Origin: a virus
Lineage: Duplodnaviria > Heunggongvirae > Uroviricota > Caudoviricetes
Strand: one strand, 5' to 3'
DNA length: 29,267 nucleotides
Virus record (IMG/VR): IMGVR_UViG_3300037400_003880
Notes under the pieces: model-generated
Told to the model about the DNA's origin: nothing
What the model saw: the letters and a program-made list of their open reading frames with translations, nothing else
Databases searched by the model: none
Translations under genes and position numbers: made by a program
In this document: one piece after another, positions 9,339-16,205 of the stretch
Numbering within the stretch: the first letter of the stretch is position 1
How the letters are laid out: each line of letters opens with the position of its first letter

Positions 9339-9575
9339 ATGAGTAAAGTTTGGGTTCTTGATATTGGCAATGGTGTTGAGCGTGCTTTTTCAACGCCTGA
9401 GAAGGCATATGATGCAGCTTATGACCAGCTTGTAAACTGGGGATACAATCCGGATGACGAGGACGAGAAGAACTTTTTTGAAGAGCTGAAGTCTACCTAT
9501 GAGAATAAGAACTATTCTGGCTTCAGCGTAGACGAGGTTCTTTGGTGCTGGGAAGTCCCGCTTGATAACGACTAA
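9339..9575 (+). CDS. hypothetical protein
   Basis: GTGAGG RBS, ATG 9339. Confidence 0.7.
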   Translation: MSKVWVLDIGNGVERAFSTPEKAYDAAYDQLVNWGYNPDDEDEKNFFEELKSTYENKNYSGFSVDEVLWCWEVPLDND

Positions 9576-9586
9576 GGAGGAGAACT

Positions 9587-9919
9587 ATGCTTACTTTTGA
9601 GCAGTTTGAAAAGACCATGAAGTCTTATCTGGATCAGCGCCGTGAGAATGAGGAGTGGGTTAATAAGGTAGATGAGGTCTTTCATGGAGCTTGGGAGAGC
9701 TTTTATGAGCATGACTATCATACAGCTTTTCTTAACCTCTTCATTGAAGTGATGGAGGACAATGACGGCTGGATTCCCTATTTCCTTTATGAAGTTGACG
9801 GTGAGTGGTTTGACGTGTATTTCCATGAGAATGAGGGGACAGATAGCGAGATCGACACTGTTGTGAAGATCGACAGCTACAGGAAGCTCTACGACTTGAT
9901 TGCGGGCACTCTGGTCTAA
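9587..9919 (+). CDS. acidic hypothetical protein
   Basis: AAGGAGGAG RBS. Confidence 0.7.
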   Translation: MLTFEQFEKTMKSYLDQRRENEEWVNKVDEVFHGAWESFYEHDYHTAFLNLFIEVMEDNDGWIPYFLYEVDGEWFDVYFHENEGTDSEIDTVVKIDSYRKLYDLIAGTLV

Positions 9920-9926
9920 CAAATAA

Positions 9927-9955
9927 TTGACTTTTTCTGAAAACTATGGTATAAT
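9927..9955 (+). promoter_or_regulatory. sigmaA-type promoter
   Basis: TTGACT-N17-TATAAT. Confidence 0.85.
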
Positions 9956-9981
9956 AATTATAGAAAGTGAGGAAAAAGAAA

Positions 9982-10278
9982 ATGGGCAAAGATGGCATGG
10001 AAGAACTTGTATATCAAAAGCTGTGCCGCGGCGAGTCTTTAACAGTTGAAGAGCAGGAATATCTTTATGAGTATCTTTGTGATAGTGACATCTATGAACT
10101 CGAAGATAATGGCTGGGTAGCAGAGATGGGAGTGTTCCATCTCAAAGATCGCTACTGGCAGGGCATCTATTACTGGAATGATATGTCTGGAACCGAGTTC
10201 GATAAAGACACTATCTTCCGAGAAGTGGAGCTCAAGCCAGTAACCCGAATGGATTGGATTGTTAAGAATCCTGACTAA
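9982..10278 (+). CDS. hypothetical protein
   Basis: GTGAGG RBS after promoter. Confidence 0.65.
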   Translation: MGKDGMEELVYQKLCRGESLTVEEQEYLYEYLCDSDIYELEDNGWVAEMGVFHLKDRYWQGIYYWNDMSGTEFDKDTIFREVELKPVTRMDWIVKNPD

Positions 10279-10338
10279 TTTTTTAGAGCTGGGACATACA
10301 AAAGAGACTTTTAAGTAATCTCCTCAGCAGAAAATTAT

Positions 10339-10367
10339 TTGACTTTCTGTAAAAATTATGTTATAAT
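10339..10367 (+). promoter_or_regulatory. sigmaA-type promoter
   Basis: TTGACT-N17-TATAAT. Confidence 0.85.
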
Positions 10368-10418
10368 ATTTATAGAGAGTTGAGAAAAGCCCCTAAAAAT
10401 GAAAGGATGGTGCCGCAT

Positions 10419-10601
10419 ATGGCTAATCAGGTAATCAAGGTAACTAAGGGTAAGGCTGACACTAAGACTTGGACTCACCGCTTCGACAACTATCAGAGGG
10501 CACGGGCTTTTGCAAAGGCTAACGGCGCGAAGGTTGAGCGTACTGGTGACTCCGTGATGAAGTATCGTGTGGTAACTGCTGGAGAGGGCATCCGTCCTTG
10601 A
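10419..10601 (+). CDS. small basic protein
   Basis: AAAGGA RBS; highly expressed-type codon usage. Confidence 0.6.
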   Translation: MANQVIKVTKGKADTKTWTHRFDNYQRARAFAKANGAKVERTGDSVMKYRVVTAGEGIRP

Positions 10602-10622
10602 CAGAAACAGACAATTAAAGAA

Positions 10623-10651
10623 TTGACTTTCTTCTAAAAAAATGATATAAT
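10623..10651 (+). promoter_or_regulatory. sigmaA-type promoter of the first tRNA cluster
   Basis: TTGACT-N17-TATAAT. Confidence 0.85.
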
Positions 10652-10719
10652 ATATATACAATCTTAAATATGACGTAAGTCATTTTAAGTTAGCCGGAGC
10701 AATAGTTCCGGCAGCTGAC

Positions 10720-10793
10720 GGTGGGTTAGTTTAATGGCAGAACAAGTGTTTAGTAATCACTCGATGTGGGTTCGACTCCCTCACCTACCTCCA
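10720..10793 (+). tRNA. trnT-AGT: tRNA-Thr(AGT)
   Basis: GGTGGGT/ACCTACC acceptor; loop TT-AGT-AA; U73; CCA encoded; 31:39 and 50:64 mismatches. Confidence 0.75.
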
Positions 10794-10796
10794 AAT

Positions 10797-10872
10797 GCCC
10801 CTGTCGTTCAACGGATTAGGACGTGGCGCTACGGACGCTAAGATACGGGTTCGATTCCTGTTGGGGGTACCA
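10797..10872 (+). tRNA. trnR-ACG: tRNA-Arg(ACG)
   Basis: cloverleaf; loop CT-ACG-GA; CCA. Confidence 0.92.
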
Positions 10873-10875
10873 AAT

Positions 10876-10947
10876 GCTCCTATAGTTTAGTTGGGAAAAT
10901 GGCTGACTTGTAATCAGCTGTCATCCGTTCGAGCCGGATTGGGAGCT
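10876..10947 (+). tRNA. trnT-TGT: tRNA-Thr(TGT)
   Basis: cloverleaf; GCTGA-CTTGTAA-TCAGC; no encoded CCA. Confidence 0.9.
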
Positions 10948-10953
10948 TTAGAT

Positions 10954-11030
10954 GCCGCTGTAGCGCAATTGGATAGCGCAACAGATTTCTAATCTGTGGG
11001 TTCAGGGTTCGAGTCCCTGCAGCGGTACCA
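10954..11030 (+). tRNA. trnR-TCT: tRNA-Arg(TCT)
   Basis: ACAGA-TTTCTAA-TCTGT; CCA. Confidence 0.92.
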
Positions 11031-11168
11031 GTTAACCGTAGATTCCGAGTACGATAACCTCGGCGTTAAGCTAACTACCGATATAGATGGCATGCGGCAC
11101 AGCAGCGTCTAAAACGCACAATTGAGACACAGGATGTTTCTTTTGACTTGCTATTAACTGCTTAAAAT

Positions 11169-11245
11169 GCCAGTATAGCTCAGTTTGGTAGAGCACTTCC
11201 TTCATACGGGAGCGGTCGTCGGTTCGATGCCGGCTACTGGCACCA
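11169..11245 (+). tRNA. trnM-CAT: tRNA-Met(CAT), elongator type
   Basis: CTTCC-TTCATAC-GGGAG; paired 1:72; CCA. Confidence 0.85.
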
Positions 11246-11432
11246 GTACCAGTTTCTTCTCGTGTTCTGTAAAACGAGAACGCCTTTCCTTTCTAAGTGA
11301 ATTGGACGTTGAGCATCTACGAAGTGATGTTAACTCGCAGAGGGTACGGGAACTCTGCCCGATATGTGCTGAGGTGAATGCGCCGGAGAGAAAACTTTGG
11401 TTAATAAATCCGTTGGTTCTGCAACGTTAAAC

Positions 11433-11458
11433 GGACGATATAGGCGCCTATATTGTCC
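11433..11458. terminator. 12-bp hairpin (terminator or processing site)
   Basis: GGACGATATAGG-cg-CCTATATTGTCC; no clear U tract. Confidence 0.5.
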
Positions 11459-11477
11459 AGACAGAAACAAAAATTAT

Positions 11478-11506
11478 TTGACTTTTATAGAAAAATATGG
11501 TATACT
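11478..11506 (+). promoter_or_regulatory. sigmaA-type promoter
   Basis: TTGACT-N17-TATACT. Confidence 0.8.
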
Positions 11507-11533
11507 TTCTATATAGAAAGTGAGGGGAAAGAA

Positions 11534-11692
11534 ATGAAACAGAAGTTCGTTCCGTATGATAAGCTCTCTAAGAGAGCAAGACGTGAAGCTGATAAGAAGA
11601 GACGTAAGGTGTGGGACGTATCTCCTGCGACCAGAATAGTCCCTGACAAGCATAAGGAAAAGCGAGACAATCAAAGATTTGACTTTTCCTGA
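11534..11692 (+). CDS. small basic protein (MKQKFVPYDKLSKRARREADK...)
   Basis: GTGAGGGG RBS after promoter. Confidence 0.65.
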   Translation: MKQKFVPYDKLSKRARREADKKRRKVWDVSPATRIVPDKHKEKRDNQRFDFS

Positions 11693-11707
11693 AAAATATG
11701 ATATAAT
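11679..11707 (+). promoter_or_regulatory. sigmaA-type promoter
   Basis: TTGACT-N17-TATAAT. Confidence 0.85.
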
Positions 11708-11867
11708 TATTATAGAGAAATGAGGGGACAAGGAAAAGTCACTAAAACCAGTCTTGCGGCTTTAGACGTGATGGAGAGCCGATTGCAGACGCCATTGGCG
11801 GATGGAGGTAGAATCCCTTGATACGCAACTGGATAAGCGTAAGCAAAGAAATAAACCAGTATTTAAT

Positions 11868-11943
11868 GGGAAGATGGCGTACACGGTTGGCGCGCCGCAC
11901 TGAAAATGCGAGAACGCAGGTTCAACTCCTGCTCTTCCCACCA
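11868..11943 (+). tRNA. trnF-GAA: tRNA-Phe(GAA)
   Basis: GGGAAGA/TCTTCCC acceptor; loop CT-GAA-AA; CCA. Confidence 0.88.
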
Positions 11944-12092
11944 AGGAAACTGGCAATGACCACAGCAACCAGAGTTCCGTAGCAATTCTGTGGAGATTAG
12001 AAAAACCTTGACGGTTGGCGGTGAAATCGTAGGAGCATGGCGGCTAAAGGGATGCCATGCAGCTGAGAAGCGGGCGGTACTTCTCAAATAAT

Positions 12093-12178
12093 GGGAGGGC
12101 GGCGAAGATGGTGAGTCGCGGCGGTCTGTAAAACCGTTCCCTCTGGGTGAGTGGGTTCAACTCCCACCCCTCCCACCA
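12093..12178 (+). tRNA. trnY-GTA: tRNA-Tyr(GTA)
   Basis: loop CT-GTA-AA; long variable arm; CCA. Confidence 0.92.
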
Positions 12179-12207
12179 CTTCCGAATGGAAGGAACCAAT
12201 AAATAAT

Positions 12208-12236
12208 TTGACTTTTTCCAAAAAATATGCTATAAT
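12208..12236 (+). promoter_or_regulatory. sigmaA-type promoter
   Basis: TTGACT-N17-TATAAT. Confidence 0.85.
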
Positions 12237-12299
12237 ATTTATAGAAAGTTAAGGAAAGAGTCCATACCAGATATTTAATCTGGAGAAAAGGAGAGCATT

Positions 12300-12788
12300 A
12301 TGACTGCTATTACTATGAAAAACTTCATGACCGCACTGACCACTGGCGAGCTGGTAATCAATGTCAAGGCTGAAACTGGTGAGGTTACTCAGGTTTCCAA
12401 GTCCATCTTTGACGAGAACGGTGCTCTGATTCCTGAGGTCGTAGAGTACGCTCAGGCTCAGATTACCAAGATTGAGGACAAGAACACCAAGCGCAAGGAC
12501 GGCTCCAAGCCCACCGCAAAGCAGCTTGAGAACGAGGGCATTAAGTCCACTATTCTCTCTCTGATGGAGGTTGGCACCACTTACACCGCAAAGGACATTA
12601 TCGGTTTCGAGATTGATGGCGTTACTACTACTCAGAAGGTGTCTGCACTCATGAAGCAGCTTGTAACTGCCGGCAAGGTTACTGCAACCGATGTAAAGCC
12701 GGAGGGTTCTAAGTCTAAGGTTAAGGGTTACGCCCTGATTGACACAGCTGAGGCTGAGTCCGAGACCGAAGACGAAGTATCCGAGTAA
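12300..12788 (+). CDS. coiled-coil + winged-HTH-like protein, paralog family A
   Basis: AAGGAGAG RBS; TTQKVSALMKQLVTAGKV...SKVKGY; acidic tail; similar to 26209 and 27474. Confidence 0.8.
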   Translation: MTAITMKNFMTALTTGELVINVKAETGEVTQVSKSIFDENGALIPEVVEYAQAQITKIEDKNTKRKDGSKPTAKQLENEGIKSTILSLMEVGTTYTAKDIIGFEIDGVTTTQKVSALMKQLVTAGKVTATDVKPEGSKSKVKGYALIDTAEAESETEDEVSE

Positions 12789-12820
12789 GACAATTTAATA
12801 GGGAGCTTAGCTCCCTAAAT

Positions 12821-12896
12821 CGCCCCTTCCTCTAATGGCTTAGGAGGTCTGGTTCTCAGCCAGAGAATACGGGTTCGATTCCCGTAGGGGTGACCA
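12821..12896 (+). tRNA. trnE-CTC: tRNA-Glu(CTC)
   Basis: TCTGG-TTCTCAG-CCAGA; CCA. Confidence 0.88.
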
Positions 12897-13123
12897 AAGT
12901 CCTTCTCACGCTGGACTTTAACCGCGCGTGGGTATGGGAGAGATTGTTTTGAGAGTAGCCCCTCACTCCATGAAGTAAAATCAAAGATGCCGCTTCTTCT
13001 CCGTTAGAGTAGTTCACTTCCGAGAACTGTTGGCTATGGCGTGCCTCTGTCGATCCTGAGGTCGGCACATTCCTTGTCGTTAGCTTGCTTGGCTTGACGT
13101 CATCAAGTAGGTTGGAAATATAT

Positions 13124-13199
13124 TGCGGTTTAGCCAAGTGGTAAAGGCAATCGGCTCTGACCCGATGACGCATAGGTTCGAATCCTATAACCGCAACCA
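13124..13199 (+). tRNA. trnQ-CTG: tRNA-Gln(CTG)
   Basis: ATCGG-CTCTGAC-CCGAT; U1:A72; CCA. Confidence 0.92.
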
Positions 13200-13208
13200 A
13201 TAAATTAT

Positions 13209-13237
13209 TTGACTTTTCTTAAAATCTATGATATAAT
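13209..13237 (+). promoter_or_regulatory. sigmaA-type promoter of the second tRNA cluster
   Basis: TTGACT-N17-TATAAT. Confidence 0.85.
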
Positions 13238-13273
13238 ATATATAGAGATTGAGAGAAAAGAAGAATTAAAAAT

Positions 13274-13347
13274 AGCGGGATAGAGCAGTCAGGAAGCTCG
13301 TCAGGTTCATTACCTGAAGGTCGTCGGTTCAAATCCGGCTCCCGCAA
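13274..13347 (+). tRNA. trnfM: tRNA-fMet-like (CAT)
   Basis: initiator-like body (GAGCAG..AGCTCG, GGTCGTCGGTTCAAATCCGGC); 1:72 mismatch; anticodon stem TCAGG/CCTGA rather than three G:C pairs. Confidence 0.8.
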
Positions 13348-13468
13348 TACAAACTGGTTCCGCTAAGCTCCTTTGTGATTGTGGCGTAGATTAAAGCGTG
13401 TGTAGTTAAGGGGACACCGCCAGTTAAAGATTGGGAGTTAGCTCAGCTCGGCAGAGCGCGCGGCTGTT

Positions 13469-13939
13469 TACCTGACCTCAAACTTTGATTCTAATGAAAG
13501 AATTAAATTCAAAGCAAAAGGGAAATGTAACAGAAGTTGAACTTATCCTTGAATTTCTAAAACTTGGTTATAATGTTCTTACTCCATATGGAGATTGTGA
13601 ACGCTATGATTTCGTAGTAGATAAAGATGGGAAGTTCATTAAAGTACAAAGTAAAACAGCAGCATCTGATGACAATGGAGCATCTTTTAGAATTTCAACG
13701 ACAAGTTGTAATCGGAAAGATGGCAGAATTGTTCATCACACTTATTCCGAAGATGATATTGATTATTTTGCTACGGTTTTTGATGGAAAATCTTATCTTA
13801 TTCCTGTACAGCTTTGTCAGGGGCATAATAAGAAATTCCGAATTTTACCTGCACAGAATGGTCAAACTCGCGGAATAACTTGGGCAAAAGACTTCGTATT
13901 ACAAGAGGTGATAAAAGAAGTTTGAGCTGATGTGTAAGC
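13469..13939 (+). mobile_element. 471-nt tRNA intron/insertion encoding a homing endonuclease
   Basis: inserted between tRNA positions 36 and 37; terminal stem CTCAAACTT/AAGTTTGAG. Confidence 0.82.
13494..13925 (+). CDS. PD-(D/E)XK homing endonuclease (I-Ssp6803I/PDDEXK_5-like)
   Basis: KGNVTE, GYNVLTPYGDCERYDFVV, KVQSKT, YSEDDIDYF; no SD sequence. Confidence 0.85.
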   Translation: MKELNSKQKGNVTEVELILEFLKLGYNVLTPYGDCERYDFVVDKDGKFIKVQSKTAASDDNGASFRISTTSCNRKDGRIVHHTYSEDDIDYFATVFDGKSYLIPVQLCQGHNKKFRILPAQNGQTRGITWAKDFVLQEVIKEV

Positions 13940-14050
13940 AACCGCAAGGTCGAGGGTTCGAGTCCCTCACTCCCAGCCAATGGGACATTAAGTGCGTGAT
14001 AACTCTGGCGGTTGGTTATCTTGTAGCGTCCCTAAAGCCGCCAATTAAAT

Positions 14051-14126
14051 GGGGTTGTAGCTCAGTTGGGAGAGCGCCTGCCTTGCAAGCAGGAGGTCGC
14101 GAGTTCGATTCTCGTCTTCTCCACCA
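14051..14126 (+). tRNA. trnA-TGC: tRNA-Ala(TGC)
   Basis: G3:U70; loop CT-TGC-AA; two U:U mismatches in the acceptor stem. Confidence 0.88.
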
Positions 14127-14130
14127 AAAT

Positions 14131-14206
14131 GTGGGTGTAGTTCAATTGGTAGAGCACTTGCTTGCCAAGCAAGATGTTGCGGGTTCGATCCCCGTCATCC
14201 ACTCCA
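14131..14206 (+). tRNA. trnG-GCC: tRNA-Gly(GCC)
   Basis: loop TT-GCC-AA; U73; CCA. Confidence 0.92.
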
Positions 14207-14241
14207 AAGGACTACCAGTAGTTAGCTACTATTGGGAAGTC

Positions 14242-14374
14242 TGTCAGCTCTGGCGTGCAGAATTTAAGTACGCCCCGCCTTTTGCAGCTTCAGCGGTAGT
14301 TGAAACTGTTGCACATCGACTAATTAAGTCATGCCGAGAAGTGATTGGAGGTTCGAATCCTCCCCTGACCTCCA
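14242..14374 (+). ncRNA. non-canonical tRNA-like element
   Basis: perfect T-arm GGAGG-TTCGAAT-CCTCC and 3' TCCA; GTCAG/CTGAC acceptor-like pairing; no canonical anticodon arm. Confidence 0.45.
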
Positions 14375-14612
14375 GAATTGCGGCGGATGTCTGCGGACTA
14401 AGCCTTGAAAATTAGATGCGTCTAATTTTCTAATGGTCGGGTGCGCTAAGTATGATTAAAGCGGCTTCGCTGGTAGATGCAGGAAAAACGTAAACCCTGT
14501 TGTGCGGCAATTCTAGTAGTTTATAAAAGAAAACGCTCGGTGCACAGAGAGAACTCGAAAGGGGCGGAATTGCTTAACAAAATAGTGCTTGCCGACGGGT
14601 GGGCGCTAATAT

Positions 14613-14687
<75 letters not shown>

Positions 14688-14722
14688 ACGGTTTCTAATG
14701 TTCATGGTGTTCTCCTTGTGAT

Positions 14723-14762
14723 GTGCCGTCTCTCGATTATTGAGGGGCGGCACAATTTTTTA
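14723..14762 (+). terminator. rho-independent terminator
   Basis: GTGCCGTCTCTC/GAGGGGCGGCAC stem + T tract. Confidence 0.75.
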
Positions 14763-14763
14763 T

Positions 14764-14792
14764 TTGACTTTTTTTATAATCTGTGGTATAAT
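14764..14792 (+). promoter_or_regulatory. sigmaA-type promoter
   Basis: TTGACT-N17-TATAAT. Confidence 0.85.
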
Positions 14793-14842
14793 ATATATAG
14801 TAAATGAGAAAAACCGATACCTTAAAGAAAGGGGTCAATGCC

Positions 14843-15601
14843 ATGATTAGTGTAACTGAAATCCTTATGAGTGAGGAATTTAAGAACAGCGCGGCAGTTA
14901 AGGCGGCGATGGATATTCTGGGTAATGTCCTTTCCTATGTAGATGACTACTGCGACAATTCTTGCATGGAAGCCGACCAGCTCGATGAGTTGATTTATAA
15001 CTACAGACCCCTCGAATGGGGATGCGGCGCAACTAAGGTTGCAGTTATTTTCAAGGACTTTGTTCTGAAGTCCAACTACTCTCAGATCGTTGAGTGGGAT
15101 GAGGGAGACTACGATGAGGAAAACGAAACTTACGTTGATGGTGGGTTCACTGACCCTCGTGATTGGGAGGATTGTGACTACTGCTGGATCGAGTCTCGTG
15201 TATATGAGAAGGCAGTTGAAGCAGGGGTTGCAGATTTCTTCGCTCCGACTATTGCTATCGGGAATACTGGTGTTTATATTCAGCCCCGTGCGGATCGCGA
15301 AGTGGCAGGTACTGACTGGTATAAGTTCCTGAATGGAACTGGTCGCTCTCGTTATGAGATGCGTTTCGGTTATCACGCTTTTGAGAAGCTCCGTATGGAA
15401 CTTGGACTGACTGGCGTAAGCCGTTCAATCTTCTCCTACTGGCTTGACAATGCGTCCTATGTCCAGCTCAAGAAGCTCGGTCAGTTCTTGAACAAGCACT
15501 GTATCAATGACCTGCACAACAACAACATTGGTTGGTTCGGAGATAAGGTTCTTCTGTTCGATTACAGCGGCTACCACTCTGGAACAGAAGATACGCTTTG
15601 A
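14843..15601 (+). CDS. protein kinase-like fold protein
   Basis: GCGATKVAV, FVLK, CWIESRVY, NDLHNNNIG (catalytic loop), FDYSG. Confidence 0.7.
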   Translation: MISVTEILMSEEFKNSAAVKAAMDILGNVLSYVDDYCDNSCMEADQLDELIYNYRPLEWGCGATKVAVIFKDFVLKSNYSQIVEWDEGDYDEENETYVDGGFTDPRDWEDCDYCWIESRVYEKAVEAGVADFFAPTIAIGNTGVYIQPRADREVAGTDWYKFLNGTGRSRYEMRFGYHAFEKLRMELGLTGVSRSIFSYWLDNASYVQLKKLGQFLNKHCINDLHNNNIGWFGDKVLLFDYSGYHSGTEDTL

Positions 15602-15620
15602 TTTGGGAAGGAGGATCCCT

Positions 15621-15818
15621 ATGACTAAGGAAATGCTTATGGAGTTCCTTGAGGGTTATGAGGACGGCGAGCAGGTTTGCGAGCAGGATCTGGCTCGCTT
15701 CTATCAGGACGTAGCTGATGCACAGGAGCGAATGATTGAGGAAATCGAGGAGCGTCAGCACGCAAGCGGCTTCTACGCTTTTCAGGATTCTCTGGATATG
15801 ATGCGGTATGAGCGTTAA
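15621..15818 (+). CDS. small acidic protein, paralog of 17815..18012
   Basis: AAGGAGG RBS; MTKEMLMEFLEGYEDG...GFYAFQD...RYER. Confidence 0.75.
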   Translation: MTKEMLMEFLEGYEDGEQVCEQDLARFYQDVADAQERMIEEIEERQHASGFYAFQDSLDMMRYER

Positions 15819-15823
15819 AATAA

Positions 15824-15852
15824 TTGACTTTCTTTGAAATCTGTGGTATAAT
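15824..15852 (+). promoter_or_regulatory. sigmaA-type promoter
   Basis: TTGACT-N17-TATAAT. Confidence 0.85.
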
Positions 15853-15878
15853 ATTTATAGAAAGTGAGGGTGATATGA

Positions 15879-16067
15879 ATGTCGATGTACAAAGCAATCG
15901 AACACGGCAAAGAACATCGCAAGCCGTGGCGCGGAAAAGCAAGGTCAAAGAATATTGACGGAACCTGTCGTAATCACGGGTCGTGTGAGTATTGCAAGTG
16001 CAATCGGCTTCATAAGTTCACCCGTGACCTTGAAGTGGCAAACGCCAAGCTCGATGAATGGAGGTAG
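15879..16067 (+). CDS. small Cys/His-rich basic protein
   Basis: GAGGGTG RBS; CRNHGSCEYC motif; ends on TAG in frame with the next ORF. Confidence 0.7.
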   Translation: MSMYKAIEHGKEHRKPWRGKARSKNIDGTCRNHGSCEYCKCNRLHKFTRDLEVANAKLDEWR

Positions 16068-16073
16068 TCAACT

Positions 16074-16205
16074 ATGTGTGAGAACTGCAAGTATTTCGTA
16101 GATGGTGAGTGCCCCTTCTATGGCAACACTGACCTCTGCATTCAGTATGAGGACGAGTCCGCTAAGTATGATACAGAGTATACTAATGAATGGGAGGGTG
16201 CATAA
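16074..16205 (+). CDS. 43-aa Cys-rich peptide
   Basis: GGAGGT RBS; MCENCKYFVDGECPF...C. Confidence 0.6.
   Translation: MCENCKYFVDGECPFYGNTDLCIQYEDESAKYDTEYTNEWEGA

Larger units (their letters stand above)
13432..13979 (+). tRNA. trnN-GTT: intron-interrupted tRNA-Asn(GTT); exons 13432-13468 and 13940-13979
   Basis: joining the exons gives a 77-nt cloverleaf with CGGCTGTT|AACCG, U1:A72, G73 and CCA. Confidence 0.88.

Noticed and set aside
10954-11030. Amber suppressor tRNA (CTA appears in the loop)
   Set aside because: The 7-nt loop TTTCTAA places TCT at 34-36 (Arg); CTA is off-register. No CUA tRNA was found in the window.
13469-13939. Canonical group I intron in tRNA (including an alternative junction CTGT|...G|CAA giving tRNA-Asp(GTC) with an omega-G)
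   Set aside because: Only 39 nt lie outside the ORF, so there is no room for P3-P7. The tRNA body (U1:A72, CGGCTGTTAACCG, A38) fits Asn rather than Asp, which uses C38.
13927-13939. Hammerhead ribozyme core (CUGAUG)
   Set aside because: It lacks A9, stem II and the GAAA strand.
13460-13945. Archaeal bulge-helix-bulge splice motif
   Set aside because: The 5' splice site falls inside the TTAC/GTAA helix, and exon nucleotides 31-34 do not pair with the intron 3' end, so BHB geometry is not met.
15879-16205. Fusion of two ORFs by TAG read-through
   Set aside because: The downstream ORF has its own GGAGGT RBS. This TAG probably acts as a stop in an early gene and is a partial counter-example to uniform recoding.
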